64,000 nt of DNA from Catajapyx aquilonaris (lineage: Eukaryota), in the NCBI GenBank assembly GCA_000934665.2, contig KZ538391.1, forward strand, positions 1 through 64,000. The letters are read 5' to 3'. Within the stretch, counting starts at the first letter, position 1. Each line of letters begins with the position of its first letter. A model generated the notes under the pieces. It did not search any database and was not told the DNA's origin. It saw only the letters and a list, made by a program, of their open reading frames with translations. Below are positions 51,632 to 63,832 of this stretch, in pieces. Made by a program: the position numbers and the translations under genes.

Positions 51632-54600
51632 CCGCACACTACTTAAAATTTGCATAATGAACCCTCCCACACACCTCCCCGTTTCATATGGTTTACTTTT
51701 GGGCAAAAAATTTAAAAAAAAAAGAAAAGAAAGAGGGGGAGAGAGCATGAAGAGACTTCTCCATCATCAGTCATCGACTTTTAACTTGCGAATTAACAGG
51801 CCCTCCCCGAATCTCTAGTCAACTTCTAGTCAAGCCCTTTCCATACACAGCCACATTTTAATTACATTTATCTCTCAGCCCACTTTCATCTTTCAAAGAG
51901 ACAAATTTCTTCGGTGCTGTTATGTGCTATTGGCTGCCCTGTTCTTTCCAAACCCCTCCAATACCCGCTCCATATATACTTTATATTTTTTATTTGCTAT
52001 CAATATAATGTACATTAACATACGTCAAATAAATTAACCATCAAAGGGTGAACTCTCGTTTGTTTATATACTTTTCATGCGTTTTGTACAACAATCTTAC
52101 TTGATGGGACACTGATGTCACTCCAGGCCCTCAATTATTAACAAAATGTTACAGTTAAATACGTTTTAACATGGTCCCTAAGTAAAATTGCTGTAAATTT
52201 TTCCTGGCAATTAATTCCTTTTCAGAACCTGCACTCTTCATTACTGATTATCATTTAAAAAAATATGCATTAAAAATGTGGGTTTGTCAAAATCACGATC
52301 TTGTCACAAATTATTTAAACTTTCCAGCAATTGTGTTGCGGAAGTCTTCAACAACTAACGATTTTTCATGTGTTTAATTTGTGTTATAAAAACACATCTT
52401 CCAATTAAAAAATTTCGGCTGACCTTCAGGACAATTTACGACAAATTGTGTCATAATATACACAAATATTTCTATAGTTCAAAACGGGGGGATTTGAACA
52501 TTTTGAAGCAGATTCTCGACGTGACTGTGCGTTCCTTTGTCGAATTGACTTAATTGCGGTTCAGCTAATTTAAATACTTTTGTGACAAGCGCGTGACATT
52601 TGCACTGCACAATTCAAAGGGGTTTTTGCAAGTACACTGCTCGGTTTGCTGGTGCGACCTGGGTCATAATGTCAACAGTTGTCGCTTTGATAATCGCCGA
52701 TGGAATGAAATTGCCAGGCAGGCAAGCATTAGGACGGGGCTTGGTTGGTCACGCCTCAACAAACATACACGGCTAATTAAATCAGAGGGCAGCAGGCGGT
52801 GAGCGACAATCAATTGATCAAAATTAATTGATAATCACGTTTTTTCCGGGTGGCCTGACGCGTTGCACTTGGCATCGTATATGGAGGGCATACCCAGACT
52901 GTAGTTATAGCCTTGGGAGATTAATACTGCTTATCTTGGATTAATTAAGCGCGGTTGGGGTGAAGAATCCGGATTACATTCATCAACACTGATTAATTAT
53001 TCATTAAGGACTCCGGGATGATTCCGAGGGGCCCGCTCTTCGTCTTTGTCTTAGGCCCTCCCACATTTTTTGGGTGGAAGGTTCACTTCCAGCCCATGTA
53101 AGATAAATACAGCAGCCAGCGAACTTCCTTCGCCTTTCACAATGTCAACACCGCCTCCGTTAGCTGTTTATGCGCACCCGGATAACTAATCACAACATGA
53201 GCAGAGAGGAAAAGGTTAATTGCGAGTCACCTTCAGTTCAACTTTACGCCAATGCAAACCAAGACCGGCGACCCAGATTATACTGGTGCCATTACTTATC
53301 ATACAAGGTGTGTGTACCGCGGTCAATATGCGACTATGAACCCGCTGCCAAGATTTGGCCAAAACCTATAATCAGTATGAGTGGCAGTCAACCAACTTTT
53401 AATGAGATGACCCGCAGATTTACCACGTAGTAACATTCTTCACGCAGAGATGGCGCACCCTGTCTGCACACTCCTGCCACTCTCAAATCGTGCGAGACAG
53501 CGGGACTATCGGGTCGGACAAACATCAGACGGAGAGAATAAGCCTATTATACTAGGAGAAAGATATCCGGCGTTAATGTATAGTAAGCAGAATCTGGGAG
53601 GCAAAAAGCGGATGTCAGCAGTTGACGGTTTCTCCAATTGGGTTCAGGTGAGAAAGTGCGTGCACTTGGCATGTGCTTTGTACGCAGGTGGCAACCCCCA
53701 GGTAATTGCTTTTCCTTTGCCGCTAAAGTTTTCTGAAGTGTGCAAAATCTGGGCCACGGACACACGTGGGCTGCAACAGAAACACGTCAATCGTCATCTG
53801 CCACTCGCAAGGTTCCGCAATTGCCTAAATGTCGCTCGTAAGTCATACAGCTCACTGCATATACCCTTGTAGGAAGTACCCCAAAAATATCCGGGTTATG
53901 GCTCGTTCAGGTGGGCCAAGTTGCTGCATCTGCAAGGTGATGGAATAGCTCATAATGTCCACAGTCCAAGGAAGGGAAACATGGAGCAGCTTTTCAAGTA
54001 CACAAAAATAATGACTAATTAAAGACCCTAAGTAATTATCACTTCCATATAAACGTAACAGACATTGCAAATCACTAAACTTATCTCAATGTAACTTCAC
54101 AATATTAGGTCAGTACTACTAAACTATCAACAGATGCTTCATTCCAATTGTAAATAAAATTTTATTTTCATTCAATGTTTTCACATACTCGTACATAGGT
54201 CTACTAATATGTAATTGTCTGTTGAGTACTTCTAATCGCTACTTTTTAAAGCTAATTTTAGAGGTGTTGCCTTTGATTTGCTTGCAGAGGTTTCGACCCA
54301 ACGAACTCGATTGCCAGACTGATTGAAATGGGTCAGTTTCAATGTCATGGTAATGCAGGGTCTGAAGAGATGGGTACCTTCGACACAATATTAATAAAAT
54401 ATGAAGCTAATAATTTCGATGGGTCCTGAAAGTAAGTGATGAACAGCAAGCGGCTAAGAGGCTTACAAGTTAATGTCTATATAATTGATAATAAAAAATA
54501 ACAACCATGTGCAACTGCGATTATTTCCAATCCTGCTAAACATATCAATATTTCTCCCGGACCCGATCATGAGGCAATAATATCTATAAAGCCCCCCTGA

Positions 54601-55067
54601 TAACAGCATAATATATCAGCCAAATGTACCCCGCAAATCGACCACCACCAGGCAGTTTCCGCCAGAGAAAACGACATTACAATTATATAATTACGGCAAT
54701 CGCCCCCCACGAAAACCAGATTGCGTTGCGTTATATACGATGATGAGGTCAGGCCAGCAAAATACGATCCGATCGATTGCAAATGTTCGGCGCAATATTG
54801 CGCCATATCACATTATTTTAAACTGCGCAGAACACGCGGTTTACGTGTTCATCCCACTACAATATTCTCACGTCTGAACTTTGACGTCACAAACAACTTC
54901 AAAGCGTGGGAATCGCAATTCTGTCCACAGATCTCAAGAGATCGGGCAGGTATTTTTAATCACACACACACACAAAAATCCGATTAGCCCATTCGGGTCC
55001 ACCAGCTGAGAAGGCGAAACCCATTCGTAATTAGCGCAATGATTATGTGAACAGCAAGACTCATTAC

Positions 55068-55790
55068 TCAGAAAATCAGGAACAAGGATTCTTCTTAACA
55101 TCAGGAATAAGGATTGCGCACAAAATCAGGAACAAGGACTCCTCAAAAAAATCGGGAACCAGGAGTCTTCAGAAAATCAGGAATAATAATTTTTCAGGAT
55201 ATCAGGAACAAGGATTCCTCAGAAATTCAGGAATAAAATCAGGAACAAGGATTCCCCAAAAAATCAGGAACAAGGATTCCTCAGAAATTCAGGAATAAAA
55301 TCAGGAACAAGGATTCCTCAGAAATTCAGGAATAAAATCAGGAACAAGGATTCCCCAAAAAATCAGGAACAAGGATTCTTCAGAAAGTCGGGAACCAGGA
55401 TTCCTCAGAAAATCAGGAACCAGGAGTCTTCTGAAAATCAGGAATAATAATTTTTCAGAATATCAGGAACAAGGATTCCTCAGAAATTCAGGAATAAAAT
55501 CAGGAACAAGGATTCCCCAAAAAATCAGGAACAAGGATTCTTCAGAAAGTCGGGAACCAGGATTCCTCAGAAAATCAGGAACCAGGATTCTTCAGAAAAT
55601 CAGGAACAAGGATTCTTCAGAATATCAGGAAAACCAGGATTCCTAAAAAAAAATCAGGAACAAGTATTCTTCAGAAAATCAGGAACAAGGATTCCTCAAA
55701 AAATCGGGAACCAGGATTCCCCCAAAAATCAGGAACAAGGATTCTTCAGAAAATCAGGAACAAGGATTCCTCAGAAAATCAGGAACAAGG
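55068..55790. repeat. 25-bp minisatellite CAGGAACAAGGATTC(C/T)TCAGAAAAT with 12-bp CAGGAATAAAAT variant units
   Basis: About 28-30 directly visible tandem units. Variant patterns recur (55138-55280 resembles 55400-55540). Confidence 0.95.
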
Positions 55791-56698
55791 CTCAATTTTG
55801 ACATAGACTAAAATCCGGCATTTGTTTGGTTTATTCGGGTACCAACAACGTTAATACCCGTATACCCTGCAATGAGCATGATGTCCTTGGACAAATGTGT
55901 GTATATGTGTGTGGGCAGCAGTAACCCGAACGTCGTCTGTGACCCAAATGAAACGAGCCCAAGAGGCATCCGAATGAGCGGATCTGAACTAACGAGGTTT
56001 CCGAGCACTCGTTAACCGGAATCTAAAGTGGACACTGGTCAGTGTCCGGTTGCAAGGGAGGACCATGGACACCCCCAGTCCCAGGACAAGACGTGTCCGG
56101 TTTCGGGATGGGAATTTCACAGGAAACCTCAATAAGTCACACCCTGTTATTGTCTCTTGCCTCATTCCGAAGTGTGCGAGTCCAATCAAGCTAAGGAGTC
56201 ATGCAATTCCATCCTACAGCGACTGGTAACCTTGCCAACCGCATAATGAGTCGCAAAAATTAGCAATAAACTCGGCAATCCCAATTACCAAAATCTATGC
56301 ATATAATTGACCTCGTGCGATTATTACCGAAAATAGAAACCTCGAGATCTGCCAATGATTTTGATCGAAATATTAATATTTTGAACCACAGTCTTCATGG
56401 AACAAAACGACCGGGCCAATGCTCTGCGACGTCACTTCCGGTAACTTCCTGCCTCCAAAATTACGACAGAGTGACGTCATAGCAGCCGGCTTACTTACGT
56501 GACCTGTAAACGAGCCCATAAACATTATGTAGGGAACAGCTTGTTTTTTTGTACGCAGACGAACAAAAAAAAAACCTTCCCAAAAATTTATTTTTGTACA
56601 GAATAAAACTGGCAGTTTGGCAACGAGTACATTAGCACACAAACAAAAAAAAAATCGCACTCCTTTCGCTATATAAATTATGTTTATTTCTTTGGCAC

Positions 56699-59600
56699 TT
56701 AGTCCTCGGAGTCATACGATACTTGAACCACGTCGCCACCCACGTTGATCAGACACTGACCCTGAAAAGGAAACAGAAAAAAAGTCAGATATACGTTACT
56801 TTTTCCATGTACTTGTACGATGACCTTTTCGATGTTTTTTTTTTCTCATCAATGAAAGTCTTACAGAACGGCTCTGTCAGTCCGCCTGTCTGTGGACAGG
56901 TATCAGGGCTTAAACCGCAAGAGATGGCGACAAACGGTTTTCGGATTCGGATTCAGCGCGACCAAAATAGGTTTCATGGTTTTCCGGGTTCACTATATCC
57001 GCCAAGGTCAATGAAAAAAAGTCTACTCGAATCCCGCTCGCGTGATTTGCCAATCTTGTTGTGGAGTGGCAGATTGTGTTGCTGTCTTTTACCTGGTTCT
57101 TGTGCGGGTTGTGCAGCAGGACGCACTCAGACATAAAGTATGCGACCATGGCGTTGCCTCCGAGGGCTGCCACGTGCGCTCTGACGATGGCCAGCACCTC
57201 AGTCACGAAGCTGTGCATGAACCCGCTTAACCCTCCACCTTCCCTGATGCTGGTGCTCTCCCGGATGAAGAAGAAGTTCAGGTTCCCCACGTACCTCTTG
57301 ATTCGACCTCCAGGCAGGTAGGTCAAAGGGGTTATGTCCACTCCAACCCGCTCTTTCGGCATGCTCTGAAGATGAGGTTCATTCATTAGGAAGAAGCCAT
57401 ATATAAGAAGACAACAAATGGAGAGAGAAACGAAGAGGAAAAAAGAAGTCACCAACTGCATAGCCTCCTGAGACCCCTGGTACAGTATACTGTACCTTGG
57501 TTTTTTCCAGCACCTTCTGACTAACTCAAACGCGTAAAAAAACCAAAAACAAAGGTACACTATACTGTACTCCGAGTCTCAGGAGGATAGGACTGGTACT
57601 CACATGGTATTTGACAGGGTCGTTCATCAGGCGTATATCAGGTACGATGCTGTCCTCATCTAGAGTGAAGATCATCTCAGGATCGTCCGATTTGCCCAAT
57701 TTTGTCTTGTAGCGACCTGAGTCCGGAAGAGGTTCGCCTATTCCGATAGCCATCCCTGCATACAGCAAACCAACAATGTTCAACATGTTGCACCTGCGGA
57801 TGATCTTTACTACGAGGCGAAGTGGCAGGAGTCGTGGTGGAGGCGGGGGCAGTTCAGAGAGGGCGTCCGAATCGCCGTGGAAAAGCCACAATAACATTCG
57901 TTGGTCTGCGGCTCCACAAAACGTACAGTACTGGCCAATAATCGAGGCAACGACTAGCGACATTTTCCCGAAGCGGCAGAAGAAGGAATCGAAGATAAGC
58001 ATGCTTCAAGCCGGGCGAGCATGATTCCTTCTTCTGCCGCTTCGGGAAAATGTCGCTAGTCGTTGCCTCGATTATTGCCCAGTACTGTACAGTAATTTTT
58101 TGCGAGTACTATAACTATACAGTGCGACAATCTTTTTGCGTGTTATAGTACGAGGCATATACATACCCGCAATAATTATTACGCTAATGGACGGACCCTG
58201 CCTGGCGGGGCCACTTCGTCGCGTAGTAAAGATCAGCCGCGCCTACAGCTACAGTCAGAAGATATAAACACCTCACATGTCTTACCTAGAACGGACAGTT
58301 GTAGCTCATCCTGTTCTGGCAACTCGATGCGAAACTGCAGCTTGCTAAGCATCACAGGTGTCAATTTTCGCAGCTTGAAATACACTTTCTGCAAATAGAA
58401 AATGACTCGGAAATTTTTACTGAAATCTTTTAACTTTTCCAGCTGACCTTTTCCCCTCTCTGGAGATTTCCAGATATCAAAACTGGACCGGACGCAACAG
58501 TCCAGAAGGAGGACATGTCAAGTGCACGGAAAAATCATTCGCGACATGAGCAGAAAGCGATTCTCCATTTGTACCACGTACTATGTACTCTACTTCCTTG
58601 GAAGTCAATGGCCTCCATTTTTTTTTTTTAACTCTCTTTTCGTTTCCTCCATCCCAGTCTTGTCTCTTCCTATCCGAGATCCAGGAACAAATCAAACGAG
58701 CGACGACAAATTGACGTGACGTCTCATTGCAGATGTAAGCTGCGAGCGTCTGACACACACAGAGGACCCTTGCTTAAAAATGTAATTAAATGCCAGCCAA
58801 AGGAACAGTTGTCATCGCCAATTAAGGTAGTGTTTTACACACAAAAAAAGTTATTGACTTCCAAGAAATAATTAAAACCGCTTCTGCCTGGTTCGTCACT
58901 TGACATTAGCAAGTGACAACAAAATTAGCTCCTATTTGTCAACAGTCACATAAATTTTCTCTTTTACAAACGTGCATAATGTATGTTATTACTCTGGAAA
59001 AGGCTGACGATTTCAAACCTACACATGAAAGTACGCAAACACTCGTTAAAATCAACAGCATTACCCGCAATGGGTAAGCAAAATCAGCCTACACCCACAC
59101 TGCTGAAGCTGCTCTGTCAATCTGCAGAATTCTTGACGTTAAATTCTGTTAACAGCACACCCTAATTGAGTTGATGTTAAGCCTGCAGTATAGTGATACC
59201 AAGAATCACAAAGCAGCATCGTTATGGCTCCGTAGCATGTCAGCTCAAGTATGGGAAAACAATATTGGAAAAGTAGAACGCTGTAATAAGAGTGGCCTCA
59301 GGGTTCCTCGCAATGACAGATAGTTTTTGCAAATGTTTTCTCTTGGTCATAATGCAACATTTAAAAAAATAAAATTTGGCCTGGATATGCATTCGGGACT
59401 GTTGGTCTCTCTGCACAATCTGTACAGTGCCCAGAGGGGGATAACAGGACAACGGTAGTACAGTGCAGTAATTGCATGGGGGAACAGGCAATTCTTCGCT
59501 TGGGGTTTAATGACCACAAAGCACTCGCATCTGTGCATCAGCAAATGGACTGGCACAAAGTTAAGCTTATCTGGTCAGCAACTAAAAAGTTGCACCATCC

Positions 59601-62600
59601 GGGATGGATAGAACAAGGCTTGAACATAATCTGTATCAGTAAGGAAATAAACGCCATGTACGGTTTTTTTCAGGTGCCAATAAAGGCGTACTGAGAAGTC
59701 AAATGAAGGGCATAAAACCAATCCTGCTTTTTGTCACGATGACAGACAGCTTCTTATGTTTGTATGAGATATCATGCGTTAATCTACCAAATGCCATTGA
59801 TCTTGGTATAGTACATGTAGAGAATGAGCCAGGGACATCTTGTGATTCTCAGAGCAAGTTCTTTTCTCGGCAACAAAAATTACTTATTCATCGCAGTTAC
59901 CATTCACAAATGAAAACCACGCAAATGTGCTGTTCATCTTCTCATTAAAATCATGCAGATTTACAATATGCATGAATTACATTCAGATTTTACATTTAAT
60001 TTAAGTGTCACTGCCCCATTGCAACGTTATTATCTGGAAAAATATATACTTTAGCGATTAAAATCTGAATATTTCTTATGCCTTATCGAGCGCTTTAAAC
60101 CATTTTCATGTATTTCTTTGATCCAAGATAGTCTTGTCTTAAAGTGACCACTACAATACATGCTGGAGCAATGCATCATTCTGTTCGTCTGCCAGTTACC
60201 ATCCACACCCCATGTGACACTCAAGATCTCCGTGGATTGAATTTACAGTGCAGAAGCGCTCATTAAATTACAGGGCTTGAAAATGAATGGTCTGTCATCC
60301 GTCAGCAGCTAATACTGTACAGTACATTTGGCTTGTTTTCCCCCAGCACATGTGGACCATTAATAAATTGATTTCCCAGATATAATGCAAAATGGTGAAC
60401 GTAATGAGTTGCTTTGTTAGCAACAGGCCTAAACATTCAGATCACTGGAAACAATGGGCACAATAGGAGGCATTACCTGCATGAGCCATGAGAACTGCCT
60501 GGAGAACTGAACTGGCGGTGCGTTGGCTGGAATTCTACCCCTCCACACCTGCGTGAATAGCTGCAGATTCCTGGCCAGACGAGACGGATCGACTCCGGAT
60601 GGAACTTCGGTTGCCTGCACACCCAAAAACCCAGAAGGGGGCTGGATGGGTGGGTCCTGCAGCAGTTGCAGTGCCCCCCACTCACGCTCTTCCTCTCCCC
60701 ACAGCCCTTCTCCCCACTCCCCTCCCTCGGACCCACCTACAAGCCCTCCCATTTTTCCTTCTCCGTCTCCCACCTCTAGGACATAAGCGCCTCTATTCCC
60801 TACCCCCAAGTCTAACTGAGGAAGTCCTTCACCAGTGGACTCCTCTCCCGCACTTTCTTCAGTGTCCGAGGACACCACGTCGGACTTCAGCTGTGTGATG
60901 ACGTCGTTGGCCTGCCTACATCTAATTGCTAGGTCATGTAACCGCCGCTGCAGATCCACTATCTTAGACGACGGGGCAGGACCTACGTACGCAACACCTT
61001 CATCCGCCAGCCGTGGAAGAGCAGGCCCTGGCAGTGAAGCCAACCTCACCCCAGTGCCTGTAGCCACACCAACTATGGCCCGCTCTCCCAACGCCACCTG
61101 GACTGTGAGTCCAAACAGAGCGTTCATTCCCAGGAGTCGGAGCTTGTCCTGCAGTCTTCGATGTAATTCGTACTCCAGAAAAGGGAGTGAGTCTGAAACC
61201 TCCTTGGCCATGCTCTCCCCGCCTCCACGTCCTTCCTTCTTCTGCCTGCACACCTGAGCCTGCACCAGTGTTCCACGGCCAATCACGGGAAGGTCGGGAG
61301 TGGGCTCGACTGTTGCCAAAAGTACATCTGGCACATACCCCTTCCGGCATACGCCACATCGAGACATGGACACTGGAATGGGGGCGCTGGACTGGCTGTA
61401 GGGAACATGGCTCGGGAGACACGGACGGGCCCTTGGGTGTGGGCGGGATCGGGTCCCTGAGGTGGACACCACGGCTGCTGTTCCACACGCACTCAACACA
61501 CACACATCCTCACATATGCTGGTATGCTCTGTGTATCCGAGGACAACGTTGCAACACAGGGCACGGGCATGGGAGCGAATCTCCATCCGCAGTTCAGTCC
61601 ACCACTGGTCGCGAGACTCTGGCTCCTCCAGATTGCTGATCCGCTCCAGCAGCTTCACCGAACGGGTGCTCACAGTGCCGCCTACAAACATGCAAGATTT
61701 TAAAGTCCGACCATCCAGGTGTAAAGCCATGTTTACATGTGAGCAATTTGATCGGCAATTTCGCAACATCGCTGCCCCAAACAATTGGTCTCATGGCTGC
61801 AACATAGCTGATTAAATTGCTCACACGTAAACTTGTGAAATGATTACTTACCAATATGTAGAATGAATCCAGGAGGAAACTTGGTGATGGTCAGAAAGGG
61901 ATACTCCAGCAGCAAGTCCATATTTTCTTTCCGTAAATACCTCGGGTATGAGCCGCCAGAACCGGTGCCACCTGCTGTAGTACTACTTGTAACGCTGGTT
62001 CCACTAGGTACCTGAAAGCTGGATCCTGCTGACCCTCCGCTGCCTGCAAGGCTTGTGACTGCTTCAAGAGGACCAAGCATTAGCTACGGGTACAGTTGAA
62101 AGGTGTTAGGATCTTACCCTTTGGCGTGGATGCAAGGTCTGATTCGGAAGCCCTCCTGTGCATACATGGTACGTCCGCACTGCCCTTTGCTTCTTCCGAT
62201 TGGTTCACAGGCGTGGCGGCTGAAGGAGGCGTGGCTGCGACAGTCGGCTGGGCAACAGGTGGCGGAGGTGACCTATCAGGCAAGTCGTTTTGATTGGGGA
62301 AGAAGGGCTTGGATAAGGTAACGGGATCGAGATATGTGTAGGCAGGGTTAGTGTAGCCCAGCTGACACTGGTAGTTATTAAAGTATGCACCCTTACAGGC
62401 TGGGGTTGAGTAGGACCGTCTAATGTGGGTCAATGCAGAGGGATCGGAGGAAGCCCTGTTGGTGTAACAGCCGTCAATCGACTGGAGGTTAGAGTAGGAA
62501 GGCTTAGTGCTGTCGGGTTGGGGAAGCGACCACGCTTTACTCCGCTTCCTCAGATCCAAGCTCGAATCAGATCGCAACAGACTGAGGAAACGAGAGAATG

Positions 62601-63832
62601 GCCCTTGTTTGTAAGCAGGTTCGGATGCAGGGCAGGCAGGATCGTAATATGCTAGGCTTGAGTAGGCAATGTTATGTGGATTCATATCGATTGAGATGGG
62701 TGTAGTGCCGGCAGTGGGTTGTGGGAGCGACCATGCTTTCTCCCGCTTCCTCAGCTCCAGATTCGACTCGGATCTGAACAAACTGATCTTGCTGAGGACG
62801 CGGCCAAGTCGGCCCCATTTGGGCGTGGCCTCCAGTCCAGGAGTGGTGCCAACGTCAGACCGAACCCTCCTCAGCAGGTTTTTCTTTGAGAAACGGTCTG
62901 CTCTTCCCGAATCATACCGGAAGAGATGTGCTATTGGGGAAGGTGGGGTCGGAGGGGTCACGCTGAGCTGGGGTAGTAAGACAACAGGGTGGCCGACTCC
63001 TAAATCACTATTGTTAGGCAAATAATTATTACACACAATATCACAAGTAGATTGGGAAATGACGGGAATCATGGACAGAGTTTGCGTGTATTGTGTGTGG
63101 GTGGGCGAGTGAAACAGAGAAGAACTTGTAACATACAGTGCGTGTGGGCTCATGTGACGATTGACTGTACAGTGAAACCTGCTAACAGTCCCTGCCATGG
63201 TAAAATTTTTGGGCGCCCACTGCGAGATAGGATTTCCTACAAATTTTTGTTACATGTAAACAATAATTGCTCTGTTATGTAACATAAGTGCAATGTTGTA
63301 CTACAGAAAAATATTTCCACCATTTATGCAGGTTTCACTGTAATGCAAGAAAATACGCAACACGTGGTGTCAAAATTAAAAACTCTACTACTCATGCATG
63401 TCTACAGATTTACCTGTCCCACTTGGGCACTCCTAACATCTTCGCTTGTGCCTGGTACAGTGCTTGGTTATTAACAGTGCCTTTCCGAACTATCAACCAA
63501 TGCATTGTGAGAGAGCACATCAAAAGCAAATATGGTCCACACCAAAAAAGCCAATCCGCTCACCATAAAAACTGACACTTGACACCGAAAAAAAAACTAA
63601 CGACATACAAACAACAAAAGAATGTGACACTAACTCTTGTGAGGAGTGTCCTTCTGCCGTTGGGGAGTGGGCCACCCTCACGGAAACACTCATTGGGTTA
63701 TCTCGCCCCTGGGCCATCAGGAGGGATGTTCCGCCTGGAGGGTGGGGGTGCTTCCTGACCAGGGTCACAGCAGTGCCGATGCCCCTCACGACTATGCCTG
63801 ATTCACCTTCCAGGTCAAAGCAAAGCTGGTAA
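56699..63832 (-). CDS. C2CD5: C2 domain-containing protein 5 (CDP138/KIAA0528 homolog), 3' portion; 5' exons lie beyond the window
   Basis: Conserved blocks CFDLEGESGIVVRGIGTA, YPFLTITKFPPGFILHIGGTVSTRSVKLL, RDQWWTELRMEIRSHARAL, VPDVLLAT, LPFLEYELHR, LNFFFIRESTSIREGGG..VRAHVAALGGNA and HKNQGQCLINVGGD. Exons 63635-63832, 62118-62272 (or to 63007), ~61852-62058, 60477-61681, 58286-58388, 57604-57755, 57093-57365, 56699-56761. AATAAA at 56683-56688. Confidence 0.92.
56836..57056 (+). mobile_element. DINE-1/HINE-like element, copy 3 (last intron of C2CD5)
   Basis: TTTTTCTCATC..GGCTCTGTCAGTCCGCCTGTCTGTGGACAGGTATCAGGG..AAACGGTTTTCGGATTCGGATTCAG..ATGAAAAAAAGTCTACTCGAATCCCGCTCGCGTGATTTG. Confidence 0.7.
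57796..58240. mobile_element. MITE with 31-bp TIRs and an internal 68-bp-arm near-perfect hairpin (C2CD5 intron)
   Basis: TIR GCGGATGATCTTTACTACGAGGCGAAGTGGC (57796-57826) / GCCACTTCGTCGCGTAGTAAAGATCAGCCGC (58210-58240). Inner arms 57923-57990 and 58023-58090. Confidence 0.8.

Noticed and set aside
55047..55298. 83-aa repetitive ORF
   Set aside because: Translation of the 25-bp minisatellite.
60680..60780. Gly/Glu/Trp-rich stretch in C2CD5 as a possible unannotated intron
   Set aside because: The frame stays open and the only GT..AG candidate is ~37 nt with no pyrimidine tract. Treated as low-complexity coding sequence.
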